32,000 bases of DNA from Methylacidiphilum fumariolicum SolV (GCF_000297415.1 NZ_CAHT01000078.1); one strand, 5' to 3'; counted from the first letter of the stretch, positions 6,918-18,100 are shown. Translations and numbers: made by a program. The notes: a model not told the origin generated them from the letters alone.

Positions 6918-7667
6918 CTACAGTAATTGCCCCAATCCGAGCACATCCCTCATAGAATAAATGGCAGGCGGTTTTCCGACTATCCACTTCGCCGCTTTGA
7001 GTGAGCCATGAGCAAAAGGGAACCGGTTTTCTGCCCTATGGGTTAATTCTATGACTTCTCCAGGCCCACAATACAAAACCGTATGGACTCCCACCACTGT
7101 CCCAGCCCTGATAGAATGGACTTGAGGCAGCTTTTCTTGCGATGAAAAGTCTTTAGAAGCCTCCTCGATTATTTTTTCTGCGGCCATGAGGACTTCCAAA
7201 AGCCTTTTTGCCGTTCCACTGGGAGCATCAAGCTTGGTATTGTGATGAATATCAATAATGGCTTTATCATAGCTTTTACCCAGCACCACCGTAGCAGTGT
7301 GCACCATCAATTCCAGAAGATTCACTCCCAAAGAAAAATTAGGAGACATCACAATAGGGATTTTTTGTGAAGCTTCTTTTATTCTTTCAAGCTCCTCAGG
7401 AGTATGCCCTGTTGTGCCAATAACCAAGGGAAGAGAATGACTAAGAGCAGCTTCCACCAGTTCCTGGCTAAAATGATGTACCGAAAAATCAATGATACAA
7501 TCAGCCGCTATCTTGAAAGCTTCTTCTAGCCTGTCTTCCTTATCGATCAACCCTACTATTTTGACTTCTGGATCTAATGCGGCAGCCTGAACAACAGTCT
7601 GTCCCATTTTCCCCTGTGCCCCTGTCAAAAGAATCCTTGTTATCCTTCCTTGCCTGTTCATCCTCAC
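6918..7667 (-). CDS. dapB: 4-hydroxy-tetrahydrodipicolinate reductase
   Basis: 249 aa. Motifs: GAQGKMG nucleotide-binding motif, VIGTTG, SPNFSLGVN, and the DapB signature DIHHNTKLDAPSGTA. Sits immediately downstream of dapA. Confidence 0.93.
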   Translation of the reverse strand: MRMNRQGRITRILLTGAQGKMGQTVVQAAALDPEVKIVGLIDKEDRLEEAFKIAADCIIDFSVHHFSQELVEAALSHSLPLVIGTTGHTPEELERIKEASQKIPIVMSPNFSLGVNLLELMVHTATVVLGKSYDKAIIDIHHNTKLDAPSGTAKRLLEVLMAAEKIIEEASKDFSSQEKLPQVHSIRAGTVVGVHTVLYCGPGEVIELTHRAENRFPFAHGSLKAAKWIVGKPPAIYSMRDVLGLGQLL

Positions 7668-7668
7668 C

Positions 7669-8574
7669 TCAAGCCCATAAATGTTCTACTTTGGCTAGTT
7701 TTTCTTTCGTGCGCGATAAGGTTGTTTTTAATTTTTCAAGATTCTGAGGTTGGAGGGGAGCCAGTGGCAGCCTAAGTTCCAAATCCGTTAAGCCTTCCAT
7801 TGCCAGTGCTGTTTTTACAGGCACCGGATTGGTTTCAATCATGAGATCCCTAAATAACGGATAGAGGGTCTGATGGAGCTGGCGTGCTTCAAATGGCTTT
7901 CCTTCTAGATACAATCGGACGAGTGCTGACACCGGCCTAGGGAAAAGATTGGAAGCCACACTGACGACTCCAACTGCCCCAACACTTAAGAAAGGTAAAG
8001 TCAGCGCATCATCCCCACTGAGAATAGAAAACTCCCCAGGAAGTGCTTCTACCAACTGACTTACCCTATCCACACTCCCTCCGGCTTCTTTTATGCCCAC
8101 AATATTCTTATTTTTTTCTACCAACCGCTTGACGGTATCTACAGCAATATCCACTCCACATCTGGAAGGAATATTATAAAGGAGAATCGGCAAGGAAGTT
8201 GAAGCCGCAATTGCCGAAAAATGGCGGAAGAGCCCTTCCTGAGAAGGACGGTTATAATAGGGAGAAACTAAGAGCACGCCATCCACTCCTATCTTTTCAG
8301 CTTCTTTTGTCAGGTGAATGGCTTCCGCGGTACTGTTTGAGCCAGTACCAGCGAAAATCTTTATTCGTTTCTCCACAATTTCCGCAGTCAATCGGACGAG
8401 CTCAATATGCTCTTCATAGGAAAGCGTTGGCGATTCTCCCGTTGTCCCAACAGGGACTATCCCATCGATACGATTCTCGATTTGATGTTCTAGCAGTCGC
8501 TCTAAAGCTTTTCTATCAATCTGCCCATTATGAAATGGGCTAATAATAGCCGTATAGGTTCCTTGGATTTTCAT
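7669..8574 (-). CDS. dapA: 4-hydroxy-tetrahydrodipicolinate synthase
   Basis: 301 aa. Motifs: VPVGTTGESPTLS, YNRPSQEG, and the Schiff-base lysine context VGIKEAGG. Confidence 0.95.
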   Translation of the reverse strand: MKIQGTYTAIISPFHNGQIDRKALERLLEHQIENRIDGIVPVGTTGESPTLSYEEHIELVRLTAEIVEKRIKIFAGTGSNSTAEAIHLTKEAEKIGVDGVLLVSPYYNRPSQEGLFRHFSAIAASTSLPILLYNIPSRCGVDIAVDTVKRLVEKNKNIVGIKEAGGSVDRVSQLVEALPGEFSILSGDDALTLPFLSVGAVGVVSVASNLFPRPVSALVRLYLEGKPFEARQLHQTLYPLFRDLMIETNPVPVKTALAMEGLTDLELRLPLAPLQPQNLEKLKTTLSRTKEKLAKVEHLWA

Positions 8575-8587
8575 AATATTCTTTTTT

Positions 8588-9409
8588 TTAAGGCAATTCT
8601 ATTTGCCCAACAAAGACTTTTTTGGCCGGGCCTTCAAGAAAAACCTCCTCAAAGCCCTTTTCGGTTCTTCTAAAATGCACCTGCAACCTCTCCCCACTCC
8701 GAACGTAAACGTCGATTGGCGGTTCCATGCCTAGGATCACACTAGAAATAAGAGCTGAAGCCGTAACTCCTGATCCGCAAGCCAGTGTTTCTCCTTCCAC
8801 CCCCCGTTCATACGTCCTTACTTTTATTGCTTGCTCTCCTGCCTTCCAGACAAAATTCACATTCGTTCCTTCCGGCTGAAATGCCTTATGCCATCTAATT
8901 TCATAGCCCAAATCCTGAAGCGCAGCTTCTGTCCATTTTTCATAATCTCCAAAAAGGACCACATGGGGGACCCCAGTATCAATGGCATGGCCGTTAAGCG
9001 TGCGGTCGCTAAGGCTGATTGGGACATCCAGCCTGAGGTTTTTTGCAGAAGGCATTGTAATCTTCACCCTTTCTCCCTCCACCCAAGCCTCGACTGTTCC
9101 ACAATCCGTCAAAAAAGAAAGCCTTCCGCAACCTACGTTTTTATGTTCCGTTTCCCATGCAAACCTAGCAAAACATCTTGCCCCATTCCCACAGAAGCTT
9201 GCCCGGCTGCCATCTGCATTAAAATAAACCATTCGGAGCCCTTCCTTCTCTGCCCATTCAACGAGCAAAATGCCATCAGCTCCAATCCCTCTATGACGAT
9301 CACAGAGATAAGCTATAGAAGAAGCATCCAAACTGAGAAGTCCTTGGCGGTTATCAAGTAGAATAAAATCATTGCCCGCCCCATTCATTTTGGTAAAAAA
9401 AAGGGTCAT
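8588..9409 (-). CDS. dapF: Diaminopimelate epimerase
   Basis: 273 aa. MNGAGNDFILLD near the N-terminus, and both catalytic-Cys motifs FNADGSRASFCGNGARC and LACGSGVTA. Confidence 0.95.
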   Translation of the reverse strand: MTLFFTKMNGAGNDFILLDNRQGLLSLDASSIAYLCDRHRGIGADGILLVEWAEKEGLRMVYFNADGSRASFCGNGARCFARFAWETEHKNVGCGRLSFLTDCGTVEAWVEGERVKITMPSAKNLRLDVPISLSDRTLNGHAIDTGVPHVVLFGDYEKWTEAALQDLGYEIRWHKAFQPEGTNVNFVWKAGEQAIKVRTYERGVEGETLACGSGVTASALISSVILGMEPPIDVYVRSGERLQVHFRRTEKGFEEVFLEGPAKKVFVGQIELP

Positions 9410-9500
9410 AAAAAAATTTGTTTTTCAGTTATTATTATACAGAATTGATAGAAAAAAACGTAAAGAATTGCAAAATAGATTCGAACAGAAAAGTCAACCA

Positions 9501-10139
9501 GTGCTTCCCGTTGGAATTATTGATTATGGCATGGGCAACCTTCAGAGTGTCGAAAAAGCATTTGAATCCTTATCTTGTAAAGTAGAAAGGCTCTTTTCTC
9601 CTCCAAACCACTATAATTTTCTTGCTATTGTCCTCCCTGGAGTAGGGGCTTTTGGAGACGGAATTAAAGGCCTAGAGGCTAAAGGGTTCCTCCCCTTCCT
9701 GGAGAATTGGATATCCAAGGATTTACCCTTTTTGGGTATTTGTCTTGGGTATCAACTGCTCTTTGAAGAAAGTTTAGAATCTAAGGGGGCCAAAGGAATC
9801 GGTATTTTTAAAGGAAAAGTTGTCCGGTTCCCTGAAAGCAAAGAAAAAGTACCTCATATCGGTTGGAATTCGGTAGAAGTGTTGAAAAAATCAGCTTATT
9901 TGGACGGGATATCCTCTGGTGATTACTTTTATTTTGTGCATAGCTATTATCCCGAAGTCATTCAAAAAGAGATTATTCTTTTGCAAACAACCTATTGTGT
10001 CCCTTTTGCCAGTGCCATCGCTAGAGGAAATCTTCTAGCCACTCAATTCCATCCTGAAAAAAGCCATAAGAAAGGAATCCAACTTCTAAAAAATTTTTTG
10101 ATCCACTCAACCATCCACAGACCTTTACTTTCGATCTAA
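9501..10139 (+). CDS. hisH: Imidazole glycerol phosphate synthase, glutamine amidotransferase subunit
   Basis: The ORF is open from 9372, but that extension overlaps dapF and is Lys-rich junk. In-frame GTG 9501 gives MLPVGIIDYGMGNLQSV, a typical HisH N-terminus of about 212 aa. Motifs: nucleophile Cys in LGICLGYQLL, and FHPEKS. The exact start is uncertain. Confidence 0.9.
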   Translation: MLPVGIIDYGMGNLQSVEKAFESLSCKVERLFSPPNHYNFLAIVLPGVGAFGDGIKGLEAKGFLPFLENWISKDLPFLGICLGYQLLFEESLESKGAKGIGIFKGKVVRFPESKEKVPHIGWNSVEVLKKSAYLDGISSGDYFYFVHSYYPEVIQKEIILLQTTYCVPFASAIARGNLLATQFHPEKSHKKGIQLLKNFLIHSTIHRPLLSI

Positions 10140-10146
10140 TAGTCCA

Positions 10147-10866
10147 ATGAAAATCTATGCTGCCATTGACCTTTATAAAGGCCAAGTCGTCCGGTTAAGA
10201 CAAGGGAAATTGGAGGCGCTGACTGTCTATTCATCGGATCCTCTCCAAACTGCCCAGTTATGGGAAGACCAAGGCGCCGATGGGTTACATATAGTTGATT
10301 TAGAAGGCGCCTTTGAAGGCAAACCAAAACAACTTTCGGTCTTAGAAAAAATAGCGCAACAGACTCATTTACCCATCCAATACGGGGGCGGGTTAAGAAC
10401 AGAAGAGGACGTCTTTAAAGCCATAGAGAATGGGGCTCAACGAGTGGTCATCGGGAGTCGGCTTCTTACTGATCCAAGCTTTCTAGAAAAAATTTCTGGA
10501 GCCGTAGGCAGCGAAAGAATTGTAGCCGCTATTGATGCCAAGGATGGTCAAATCTTAATGGAAGGTTGGACGAAAGAAAGCACCTACCGAATGGAAACTT
10601 TTGTAAAAATACTCGAAAAATCTGGTGCTGGTTTCTTATTGTACACGAACGTCCTGACGGATGGTACCCTAGAAGGACCCGATATTCAGGGCACTAAAAA
10701 ACTAGTAGAAAATAGTGCTTTGCCTGTTTTTGCTTCTGGTGGAATAGGTTGCCTTAGAGATGTGGAGGAACTTCAAAAGATAAAAGGCCTCTATGGAGCC
10801 ATTCTTGGAAAGAGTTTGTACGAAAAAAAAATTTCCATCCAAACAATCAAAAACATCTCTGGATAG
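10147..10866 (+). CDS. hisA: ProFAR isomerase (1-(5-phosphoribosyl)-5-[(5-phosphoribosylamino)methylideneamino]imidazole-4-carboxamide isomerase)
   Basis: 239 aa. Motifs: IYAAIDLYKGQVVRLRQG, QYGGGLRTEEDV, FASGGIGCLRDV. Lies 7 nt after hisH. Confidence 0.93.
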   Translation: MKIYAAIDLYKGQVVRLRQGKLEALTVYSSDPLQTAQLWEDQGADGLHIVDLEGAFEGKPKQLSVLEKIAQQTHLPIQYGGGLRTEEDVFKAIENGAQRVVIGSRLLTDPSFLEKISGAVGSERIVAAIDAKDGQILMEGWTKESTYRMETFVKILEKSGAGFLLYTNVLTDGTLEGPDIQGTKKLVENSALPVFASGGIGCLRDVEELQKIKGLYGAILGKSLYEKKISIQTIKNISG

Positions 10867-11110
10867 GGATCTTCCTTTTTAGCTACTGTTTTTCTATACA
10901 AGAAAATATAAGAAAACGATTTGTATTTTGAATTTCGGCTCTTAAAAAGATATGCTTGTCTTTTCTTCCACATAATGTTGCGTCCTTGCCGACTTTTTGT
11001 GAAAAAAAAAGAGTGGGGGCAAAAAAGTTATCAAAAAAAAAAGAGCCTTATTAAAAATATCTACCTGCTCTTATTTTTATCTTTCTTTTTACTTTTTTGC
11101 CACTTTCAGT

Positions 11111-13516
11111 TTGCTTAACTGCTTGCTGCAGGCTCAATCTAGTGACAATAATGACACGCTAAGTCCCTTGGCTTCTACCATTCCCGAAGAAATAGCCCCT
11201 GAATATCCCCTGCAGCCATCTACTGGTCGATCGAAAAAACCCAAGGAAAACCAATCTATCGAAGCCACTAGCGATCAAACAGAGATCGAAGAAACAACAC
11301 GAACGGCTCAGATCGTTTCTAGAAGGAGTTTACAAACCGTTAATTTCCAGAATGTCAATGAGCTTTCCGCCTATCAAGTTGGCATCAATCAAACCCAGAT
11401 GACCGGCAGTCCGCAAGCGGAACCCATATTAAGGGGACTGCCAGCTACAAGGTATAGAAATGGCATGCTTGTTGGATTCAGTAGAGATGCTCAATATGGG
11501 CCTCTAATGAATCCGAATATGGATGAAAATCTGGATATGGTAACAGGTCCATCCAATATCATCTTTGGACCTCAAGAATTGGCGGGAGGATACCTTAATG
11601 AGATAACCAAATCACCGCACTTTGATCGGTTCCAAGGAGAGGCTTCCTATACGGCAGGAATGTATGGAACGAATTTCTGGAATTTAGACTTTGGAGGCCC
11701 CATTAAGAATAACCTGGCGTACCGGCTTGACTATTTTGGTCAAGATGGCTCTTCCTATTACAACTACTACTATGGCTCCTATCTAAGAAGAGAGTCTGGA
11801 TACATGGCCTTGAGTTATAAACCTTACGAAAAATTGACAATCGATTTTAATGGAGAAATCGATTCTAACAGCCTAAATCCTCCGGCTGGTCTCAATCGAC
11901 CTACTCAGGCACTAATCAATAATAGGCTCTATCTGACTGGCCCTTTTGCAGGCTGGTTCGACCAAAACGGGGTATTTCACAAAGGGATAGGCACTTCTCC
12001 TCCTGGGCAAGGCTATGCGGTGAACTGGGGAGCTGCTGTCCCTATCGATCCAAGAACCAACATTCTGAATAATCCTATCGATAGCACCGAACAGTTTTAT
12101 GCCGTTTCTCAGCTCATAGAAACTCTGGAAATTTTAGACAACTTCAAAATCCTCAACAACTCCCTCTTCGAGTACTATAGCACGTTCATCGATCAAATGA
12201 TTCCTGTCGATTTTTGGACGGTCCTTCCTGCAGGGTATAATTTTGATGATAGAATAGAAAATCAATGGAATTTCCAAGCTCCAATAGGCAGTCTGTTAAC
12301 CCAAAATAGCATCGATTGCGGCCTTGAATTTCGTTATTTTAGCGACAACGAATATTCTGGAGTATGGCATTCTCCTGTTAATACCTGGGATCTAACAAAA
12401 CCTTTATTGGACAATTTTTTTACTCCAATAGTTTCCTACAATCAAGCCTTGCTCTTTGGCAATCCTTACCTTACTGACATTCCAGTTCCTGGCTATCCTG
12501 GTTTTTATTATAATTCCCATAATTTTGTAACAACCGCTTCGACTTTCTATAAACTTTCCCCATTTTATCAACATAAGATCGATCTGAGCGAAAAATGCAG
12601 CCTAATTTTTGGAGGACGAGCCGATTTTTATTCCGTACACGCCTCCAGTCCTCCAGGTACTCCTCTGCCATTATTTTTAGAAAATAACATGACCGCTGTT
12701 CTCCCCCAACTTTCCATGAGCCTCACTTACGATCCTTTTTCTTGGATGAACTCCCATTTTACCTATTTTTTCGGCCAAAATCCTTTTCCTAGTGCCTTTG
12801 GGAGCTTCGCTCCAGACTTCTCTTCTACCTATTACCATCTTACCAACCAATACTTCGAAATCGGCACAAAATTTAACCTCTATAAAGACAAAGTATCGAT
12901 CGATCTTTCAGGATTTTATCAAGACGGATTCATTCCCGCCTATGTGCTTCCACAAGGATCGGTAGCTACCACGCAAGCCTATCTCAAAGGCGGCCAACTC
13001 CAAGCTATCTGGACACCCCTGCACAATCTTTCTATCAATGTTGGCTATGCATTCATTGATGCTCATGAAAATTGGATTGGCTCTCCTATTGGTCCGTTGA
13101 CTACCCAGCCGTATCCTTCCAACATAGCCGATCAATTCGGTTTACGCGTGGATCCATACGTTTTTCTTGCTCCTCTCAATTATCCATTCATTGGATTTCC
13201 AAGAAACTACGCCAACACGGTCATTACTTATCAAACTGAAAAAGGCCTAGGATTTTCACTCTGGTCTATTGTGCAAAGTGGGCAGTTCTTAAATTATGAC
13301 TATACCGTTAGAATCCCCACATGGTATACGCTCAATGCACGGATTTTCTATACCACCTCAAAATGGGAAGTAAGCCTTTATTTTTACAATTTTACAGACG
13401 AAAAATACTGGGCTCCGGGAGCACCTGGCTTTATCAGTGCTAGATCTTTCAATTATGATTTTATCACTCCACAACTTCCTTTCTGGGTGCAAGGAACCCT
13501 TCGGATATTCTTCTGA
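11111..13516 (+). CDS. TonB-dependent outer-membrane receptor; N-terminus problematic
   Basis: 801-aa ORF from TTG 11111. Plug-domain motifs: ILRGLPATRYRNGMLV, and LDMVTGPSNIIFGPQELAGGYLNEITKSP (cf. IEVLKGPxSxLYGxxAxGGVINxITKxP). A long beta-rich barrel follows, ending with the aromatic C-terminus TLRIFF. There is no signal peptide in frame with a canonical start (see finding). Confidence 0.85.
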   Translation: MLNCLLQAQSSDNNDTLSPLASTIPEEIAPEYPLQPSTGRSKKPKENQSIEATSDQTEIEETTRTAQIVSRRSLQTVNFQNVNELSAYQVGINQTQMTGSPQAEPILRGLPATRYRNGMLVGFSRDAQYGPLMNPNMDENLDMVTGPSNIIFGPQELAGGYLNEITKSPHFDRFQGEASYTAGMYGTNFWNLDFGGPIKNNLAYRLDYFGQDGSSYYNYYYGSYLRRESGYMALSYKPYEKLTIDFNGEIDSNSLNPPAGLNRPTQALINNRLYLTGPFAGWFDQNGVFHKGIGTSPPGQGYAVNWGAAVPIDPRTNILNNPIDSTEQFYAVSQLIETLEILDNFKILNNSLFEYYSTFIDQMIPVDFWTVLPAGYNFDDRIENQWNFQAPIGSLLTQNSIDCGLEFRYFSDNEYSGVWHSPVNTWDLTKPLLDNFFTPIVSYNQALLFGNPYLTDIPVPGYPGFYYNSHNFVTTASTFYKLSPFYQHKIDLSEKCSLIFGGRADFYSVHASSPPGTPLPLFLENNMTAVLPQLSMSLTYDPFSWMNSHFTYFFGQNPFPSAFGSFAPDFSSTYYHLTNQYFEIGTKFNLYKDKVSIDLSGFYQDGFIPAYVLPQGSVATTQAYLKGGQLQAIWTPLHNLSINVGYAFIDAHENWIGSPIGPLTTQPYPSNIADQFGLRVDPYVFLAPLNYPFIGFPRNYANTVITYQTEKGLGFSLWSIVQSGQFLNYDYTVRIPTWYTLNARIFYTTSKWEVSLYFYNFTDEKYWAPGAPGFISARSFNYDFITPQLPFWVQGTLRIFF

Positions 13517-13534
13517 TCCTACCAAAAGACTGGT

Positions 13535-14593
13535 TCATTTTTCTATAAACCGAATCTCCACCAGGACCACTTCCGATCGCTGTCCCACCCTTACCGGAGG
13601 CCCCCATGTCCCTGCCCCTCGGGTGACTATCACATGCGTCGAGCCTATTTGTTGGTATCCGTAGCTAAAAGCAAAAATTCTCTTCACAATAAGATTGATT
13701 GGCCAAAATTGTCCTTGATGCGTATGTCCACAAACAAGCAGATCGACTTGATTCTCCACGGCTTCTTCTATAGCCGTCGGCCTATGATCCATCACAAATA
13801 TAGCTTTGGATCTATCTATTCCTTGAAGAATGACCTTCAGTGGTTTCCTTTTTTCTTTGCCTTCGAGGACTTCCACCGCCCTGTCATTCCTACCCACAAT
13901 GTATAAAAACTGATCGACTTCTTTTATTTCATCTTTGAGAATAGTAATACCGCATTTTTCAAGAAAAGCAGCAAGACTATCGGAACCGTAAAAACACTCA
14001 TGATTTCCAATACAGCCATAGACTCCATAAGGGGCAGAAAGGCTCATAAAAACCTTATCTATCCCTTCTTTTTCTAGAGCTGTTCTACTGCCATCAAGCA
14101 AATCTCCTGGAAGAAGAATAAGATCAGGCTCTAGGGACTGAATTTTGTTAATTATTCTTGAAAGCCTTCTTTTCCCAATTGTCCCTCCTGCATGGATGTC
14201 CGACGCCACCACTAATCTTAAGAAGGGATGTAGGCTTTGTTTCTTAATGACAAGCTCCAATTTTTTAAGCTCTATATTTAGAGTATTCACATAGCCCTTG
14301 ATCAACATCAGACTGACAGCTCCCACAATCCCAAACCCAACCATCCATTCTCTCCCCACAAAAAAAGAGCGGACTGGTGCAGGGAGCCATGGCCGACTAA
14401 TATCCACCAGGCATATTCCTATGAATAAATAGATGACTGCGGGCATCCAAAGACTGGATATGGACATGATCCAGTTCACCCCAGGTGGATAGTAGTGGGA
14501 TTTCAAATAAGAGCCTAGAGAATAACCAAAGACAACAAAAGCGCCAATGGTCAAGTAAACAAGCTGAAGAACGAAATGGTGGGGCAACAGCAA
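13535..14593 (-). CDS. Membrane-anchored metallophosphoesterase (calcineurin-like)
   Basis: 352 aa with N-terminal TM helices. Motifs: VVASDIHAG, LLPGDLLD, CIGNHECF, VCGHTHQG. Confidence 0.85.
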   Translation of the reverse strand: MLLPHHFVLQLVYLTIGAFVVFGYSLGSYLKSHYYPPGVNWIMSISSLWMPAVIYLFIGICLVDISRPWLPAPVRSFFVGREWMVGFGIVGAVSLMLIKGYVNTLNIELKKLELVIKKQSLHPFLRLVVASDIHAGGTIGKRRLSRIINKIQSLEPDLILLPGDLLDGSRTALEKEGIDKVFMSLSAPYGVYGCIGNHECFYGSDSLAAFLEKCGITILKDEIKEVDQFLYIVGRNDRAVEVLEGKEKRKPLKVILQGIDRSKAIFVMDHRPTAIEEAVENQVDLLVCGHTHQGQFWPINLIVKRIFAFSYGYQQIGSTHVIVTRGAGTWGPPVRVGQRSEVVLVEIRFIEK

Positions 14594-14682
14594 GAAACCA
14601 CGGAAAATGACGTATCCACTAGTGCCATAAAAAAGGACAAAAAAAAACTGCGTCTCATGCTTCGTTTTTTTAGAACTTTAAA

Positions 14683-15153
14683 CTACTGCGCTCCACCCAT
14701 CCTCCGCGAGATTTGTCGATCCAGGGAAAAAAAGCCACCCCCGCCAACTACTAAAGACAAAGCCCCCGCCCAAAGGCTCAATGCATATTCCATCCCTCCA
14801 TCATGCACAAAAAAAGCATGCCTATGCACAACAAGAATGGCCACGCTCATAATTACGACCAAATTGAAAGCGGCAAGACGCGTCGCCAGCCCCAGGGCTA
14901 GAAGGATGGCTCCAAGAAATTCTCCTCCACCAGCCAATGATGCCCAAAGGATCCCTGGAACCAAATGAAATTTTTCAGCAAAACTCAATGCCGTAGCCTC
15001 TAGCCCTTTGCCACCAAACCATCCGAAGAGCTTTTGAGATCCATGAGCAAAAAAAATGAGGCTAAGGACCAGTCTCAAAGGCAAGAAGGCAAAAGAAGGA
15101 GTGGTTCTTAAAATATAATACATAATAAAAGCTACCTTACTATTTCCCTTCAT
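14683..15153 (-). CDS. DoxX family membrane protein
   Basis: 156 aa with about 4 hydrophobic segments and the DoxX-type motif FFAHGSQKLFGWFGG. Confidence 0.85.
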   Translation of the reverse strand: MKGNSKVAFIMYYILRTTPSFAFLPLRLVLSLIFFAHGSQKLFGWFGGKGLEATALSFAEKFHLVPGILWASLAGGGEFLGAILLALGLATRLAAFNLVVIMSVAILVVHRHAFFVHDGGMEYALSLWAGALSLVVGGGGFFSLDRQISRRMGGAQ

Positions 15154-15162
15154 AGGAAAAAT

Positions 15163-18100
15163 TCATCTAGCGGTTGCCAAACCATGATGATACTCCTGGA
15201 GCGCTTTCACATGGATTTCTCTAGACTGGAGCGATCGGATGGCTTCAACGGTCGCACGCGCGGCGGCTATAGTTGTCATGACAGGAATTTTACTATAAAG
15301 AGAGGTCGTTCTTATCCGAATCTCGTCTTTTCTAGCCGTTGGACCAGAAGGGGTATTGATTACAAGGGCTATCTCCCCGTTTTTGATCATATCCAATACA
15401 TTCGGTCTGCCTTCGGATAACTTATAGAGTTTCATGCAGGCGACACCGGCTTCGTTAAGCGCACGGGCTGTACCTTCTGTAGCTACAATTTCAAACCCAA
15501 GCTTGTTAAGGGCACGGGCAATCTCAATCCCATCTTTTTTATCTTGATCGCGGACACTTATAAAAACTTTTCCTCGCAGCGGCAAGGGCGCATTCAAAGC
15601 AATCTGGGTTTTAGCATAAGCAATCCCAAAATCATCATCTATTCCCATGACTTCCCCAGTGGATTTCATTTCTGGCCCTAGCAGGATATCCACCCCAGCA
15701 AACCGGTCAAATGGGAAAACCGCTTCTTTGATACAGAAATAAGAAGGGGTAAGCTCAGAGCCAACATATCCAAGGTCCTTAAGCTTTTTTCCCATAATCA
15801 CTTGAGTCGCCAACTTAGCCAGAGGGATTCCGATTGCCTTGCTTATGAATGGAACGGTCCGAGAGGCCCTCGGATTAACCTCTAGCACGTAAAGATTGTT
15901 TTTTTGCACAGCAAACTGTACGTTCATCAGCCCCAAGACTTTTAATTCCCGAGCTAACAAATAAACAGTCTGTCGAATTTCTTCTTTAATGGGTTCTGAA
16001 AGACTGAAAGGTGGAATCACACAGGCACTGTCTCCGGAATGGACGCCAGCCAATTCCACATGCTCCAAAATAGCTCCAATAAAGACATCTTCGCCGTCAC
16101 TCACACAATCGATGTCCACTTCTATGGCATCTTCTAAAAAATGATCAAGCAACACTGGCTTGTCTGGAGCCGCTTCTATTGCCTCTTCTACAAATCTCAC
16201 CAGATCATTCTCTGTATAAACGATATGCATCGCCCTTCCACCTAATACATAAGAAGGACGCAAAAGCACTGGATAGCCTATTGTTTTTGCAGCTTCAATG
16301 GATTCTTGTACATTTGAAATAATCCGGCTTTGCGGTTGGCGCAGCCCAAGTTTTGCAATTAGCCTGGAAAAAAGCCTTCTATCTTCGGCCATCTCAATGG
16401 ATTCCACCGAGGTCCCAAGAATCTTTACGCCAGCTTTTTTTAATGACAAGGAAAGGTTCAGTGGGGTTTGTCCCCCAAACTGTATGATCACCCCAGCGGC
16501 ATTCGTTCGTTCGTAAACTTGGAGAACGTCTTCGGTAGTAAGCGGTTCAAAAAACAGTTCATCCGAGCTATCATAATCGGTAGAAACCGTTTCAGGATTG
16601 GAATTGATCATGATGGTCCTATAGCCAAGCTCTCGCAAAGCCATGAGCGCATGCACACAGCAGTAATCAAATTCGATGCCCTGCCCTATCCTATTCGGTC
16701 CAGCTCCTAAAATGATGATTTTTTCTTTCTCTTCGGCCTTTATCAGTTCACTCTGCCCCGGTTCGTAAGTGGAATAATAATAAGGGGTAGAAGCTTCAAA
16801 TTCAGCCGCACAGCTGTCCACTAATCGATACGAAGGCAGACAATTTTGACTTTTTCTTAAAGCTCTGACCTCTTCTTCGGAAAGGTTCCAGAGATGCGCA
16901 AGTTGTCTATCAGAAAAACCATCCATCTTTGCTTCAAGCAATAAAGAGGGGTCAGGGCTAGTCCTTAATTTTTGTTCTTCTTTGACAAGTTCTTCCACTT
17001 GACTAAGAAACCATGGATCAATCCCACTCAGAGAAGCAACGGTTTTTATATCCATGCCGCAGCGAAAAGCATGACGAAGATAAAAAATCCGTTCCGCTCG
17101 AGGGGTGAGCAGAAAATACCGAATTTGTTCTTCGGAAAGCACCTGATCATGCCCATGGATGCCCCCAGTAATCCCAAATGCCCCAATCTCTAAGGATCTT
17201 AAAGCTTTCTGCAGCGACTCCTTGAAGGTTCTTCCAATAGCCATCACCTCTCCAACACTTTTCATGGAGGAGCTAAGCGTCGGATCAGCTTCTGGAAACT
17301 TTTCAAAAGTAAACCGTGGGATTTTGACGACTACATAGTCGATGGCGGGTTCAAAGCAGGCTAAGGTCTTTTTTGTAATATCGTTGGGCAATTCATCAAG
17401 CGTATAGCCAATAGCAAGTTTAGCCGCAATTTTGGCTATAGGAAATCCCGTTGCTTTAGAAGCCAACGCAGAAGAACGGGACACCCTAGGGTTCATCTCA
17501 ATGACCACCATTCTTCCAGTTTTCGGATCAACGGCAAACTGGATGTTAGACCCTCCTGTCTCTACCCCAATTTGTCTAATGACTGCAAAAGACCAATCCC
17601 GCATCTTTTGGAACTCTTCATCGCTAAGAGTTTGAGCGGGTGCTACTGTGATACTGTCCCCGGTATGGACTCCCATTGGATCAAGATTTTCTATCGAACA
17701 TATCAGCACACAGCTATCCTTTCTGTCCCTCATCACCTCCATTTCAAATTCTTTCCACCCAACCAGGCCTTCTTCAATCAGAATTTCGCCGATCGGGGAA
17801 ACACTCAACCCCCGTGCAGCTATTGCTTCAAATTCTTCCCGGTTATAGGCGATCCCCCCGCCCTGGCCACCCAGAGTAAAAGCAGGCCTAATAATCAAAG
17901 GATACCGGTTAATTTGCGCAGCCACCGCTTTTGCTTCTTCCATGTTTCTAGCAATACCCGATTGGGGAACGTCCAGCCCGATCCGAAGCATTTCCTCCTT
18001 AAAAAGCTGCCTGTCTTCGGCCTTCTTTATGGCCTGAACATTCGCTCCAAGCATTTCTATGCCAAGCTCTTCTAAAATTCCCCTCCGGGCAAGCTCCACG

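Noticed and set aside
8831-9361. Antisense ORFs within housekeeping genes (8831..9361 in dapF, 14576..14968 in DoxX, 17572..18075 and others in carB, 21745..22152 and 22525..23019 in secDF/yajC)
   Set aside because: Each lies fully inside a strongly supported gene on the other strand and shows mirror-codon low-complexity composition.
10921-11118. 65-aa ORF upstream of the TonB-dependent receptor, considered as an independent small gene
   Set aside because: Its C-terminal half is a signal-peptide-like hydrophobic run from the same T-rich DNA that, in the next frame, continues into the receptor. It is better explained as the displaced 5' end of that gene.
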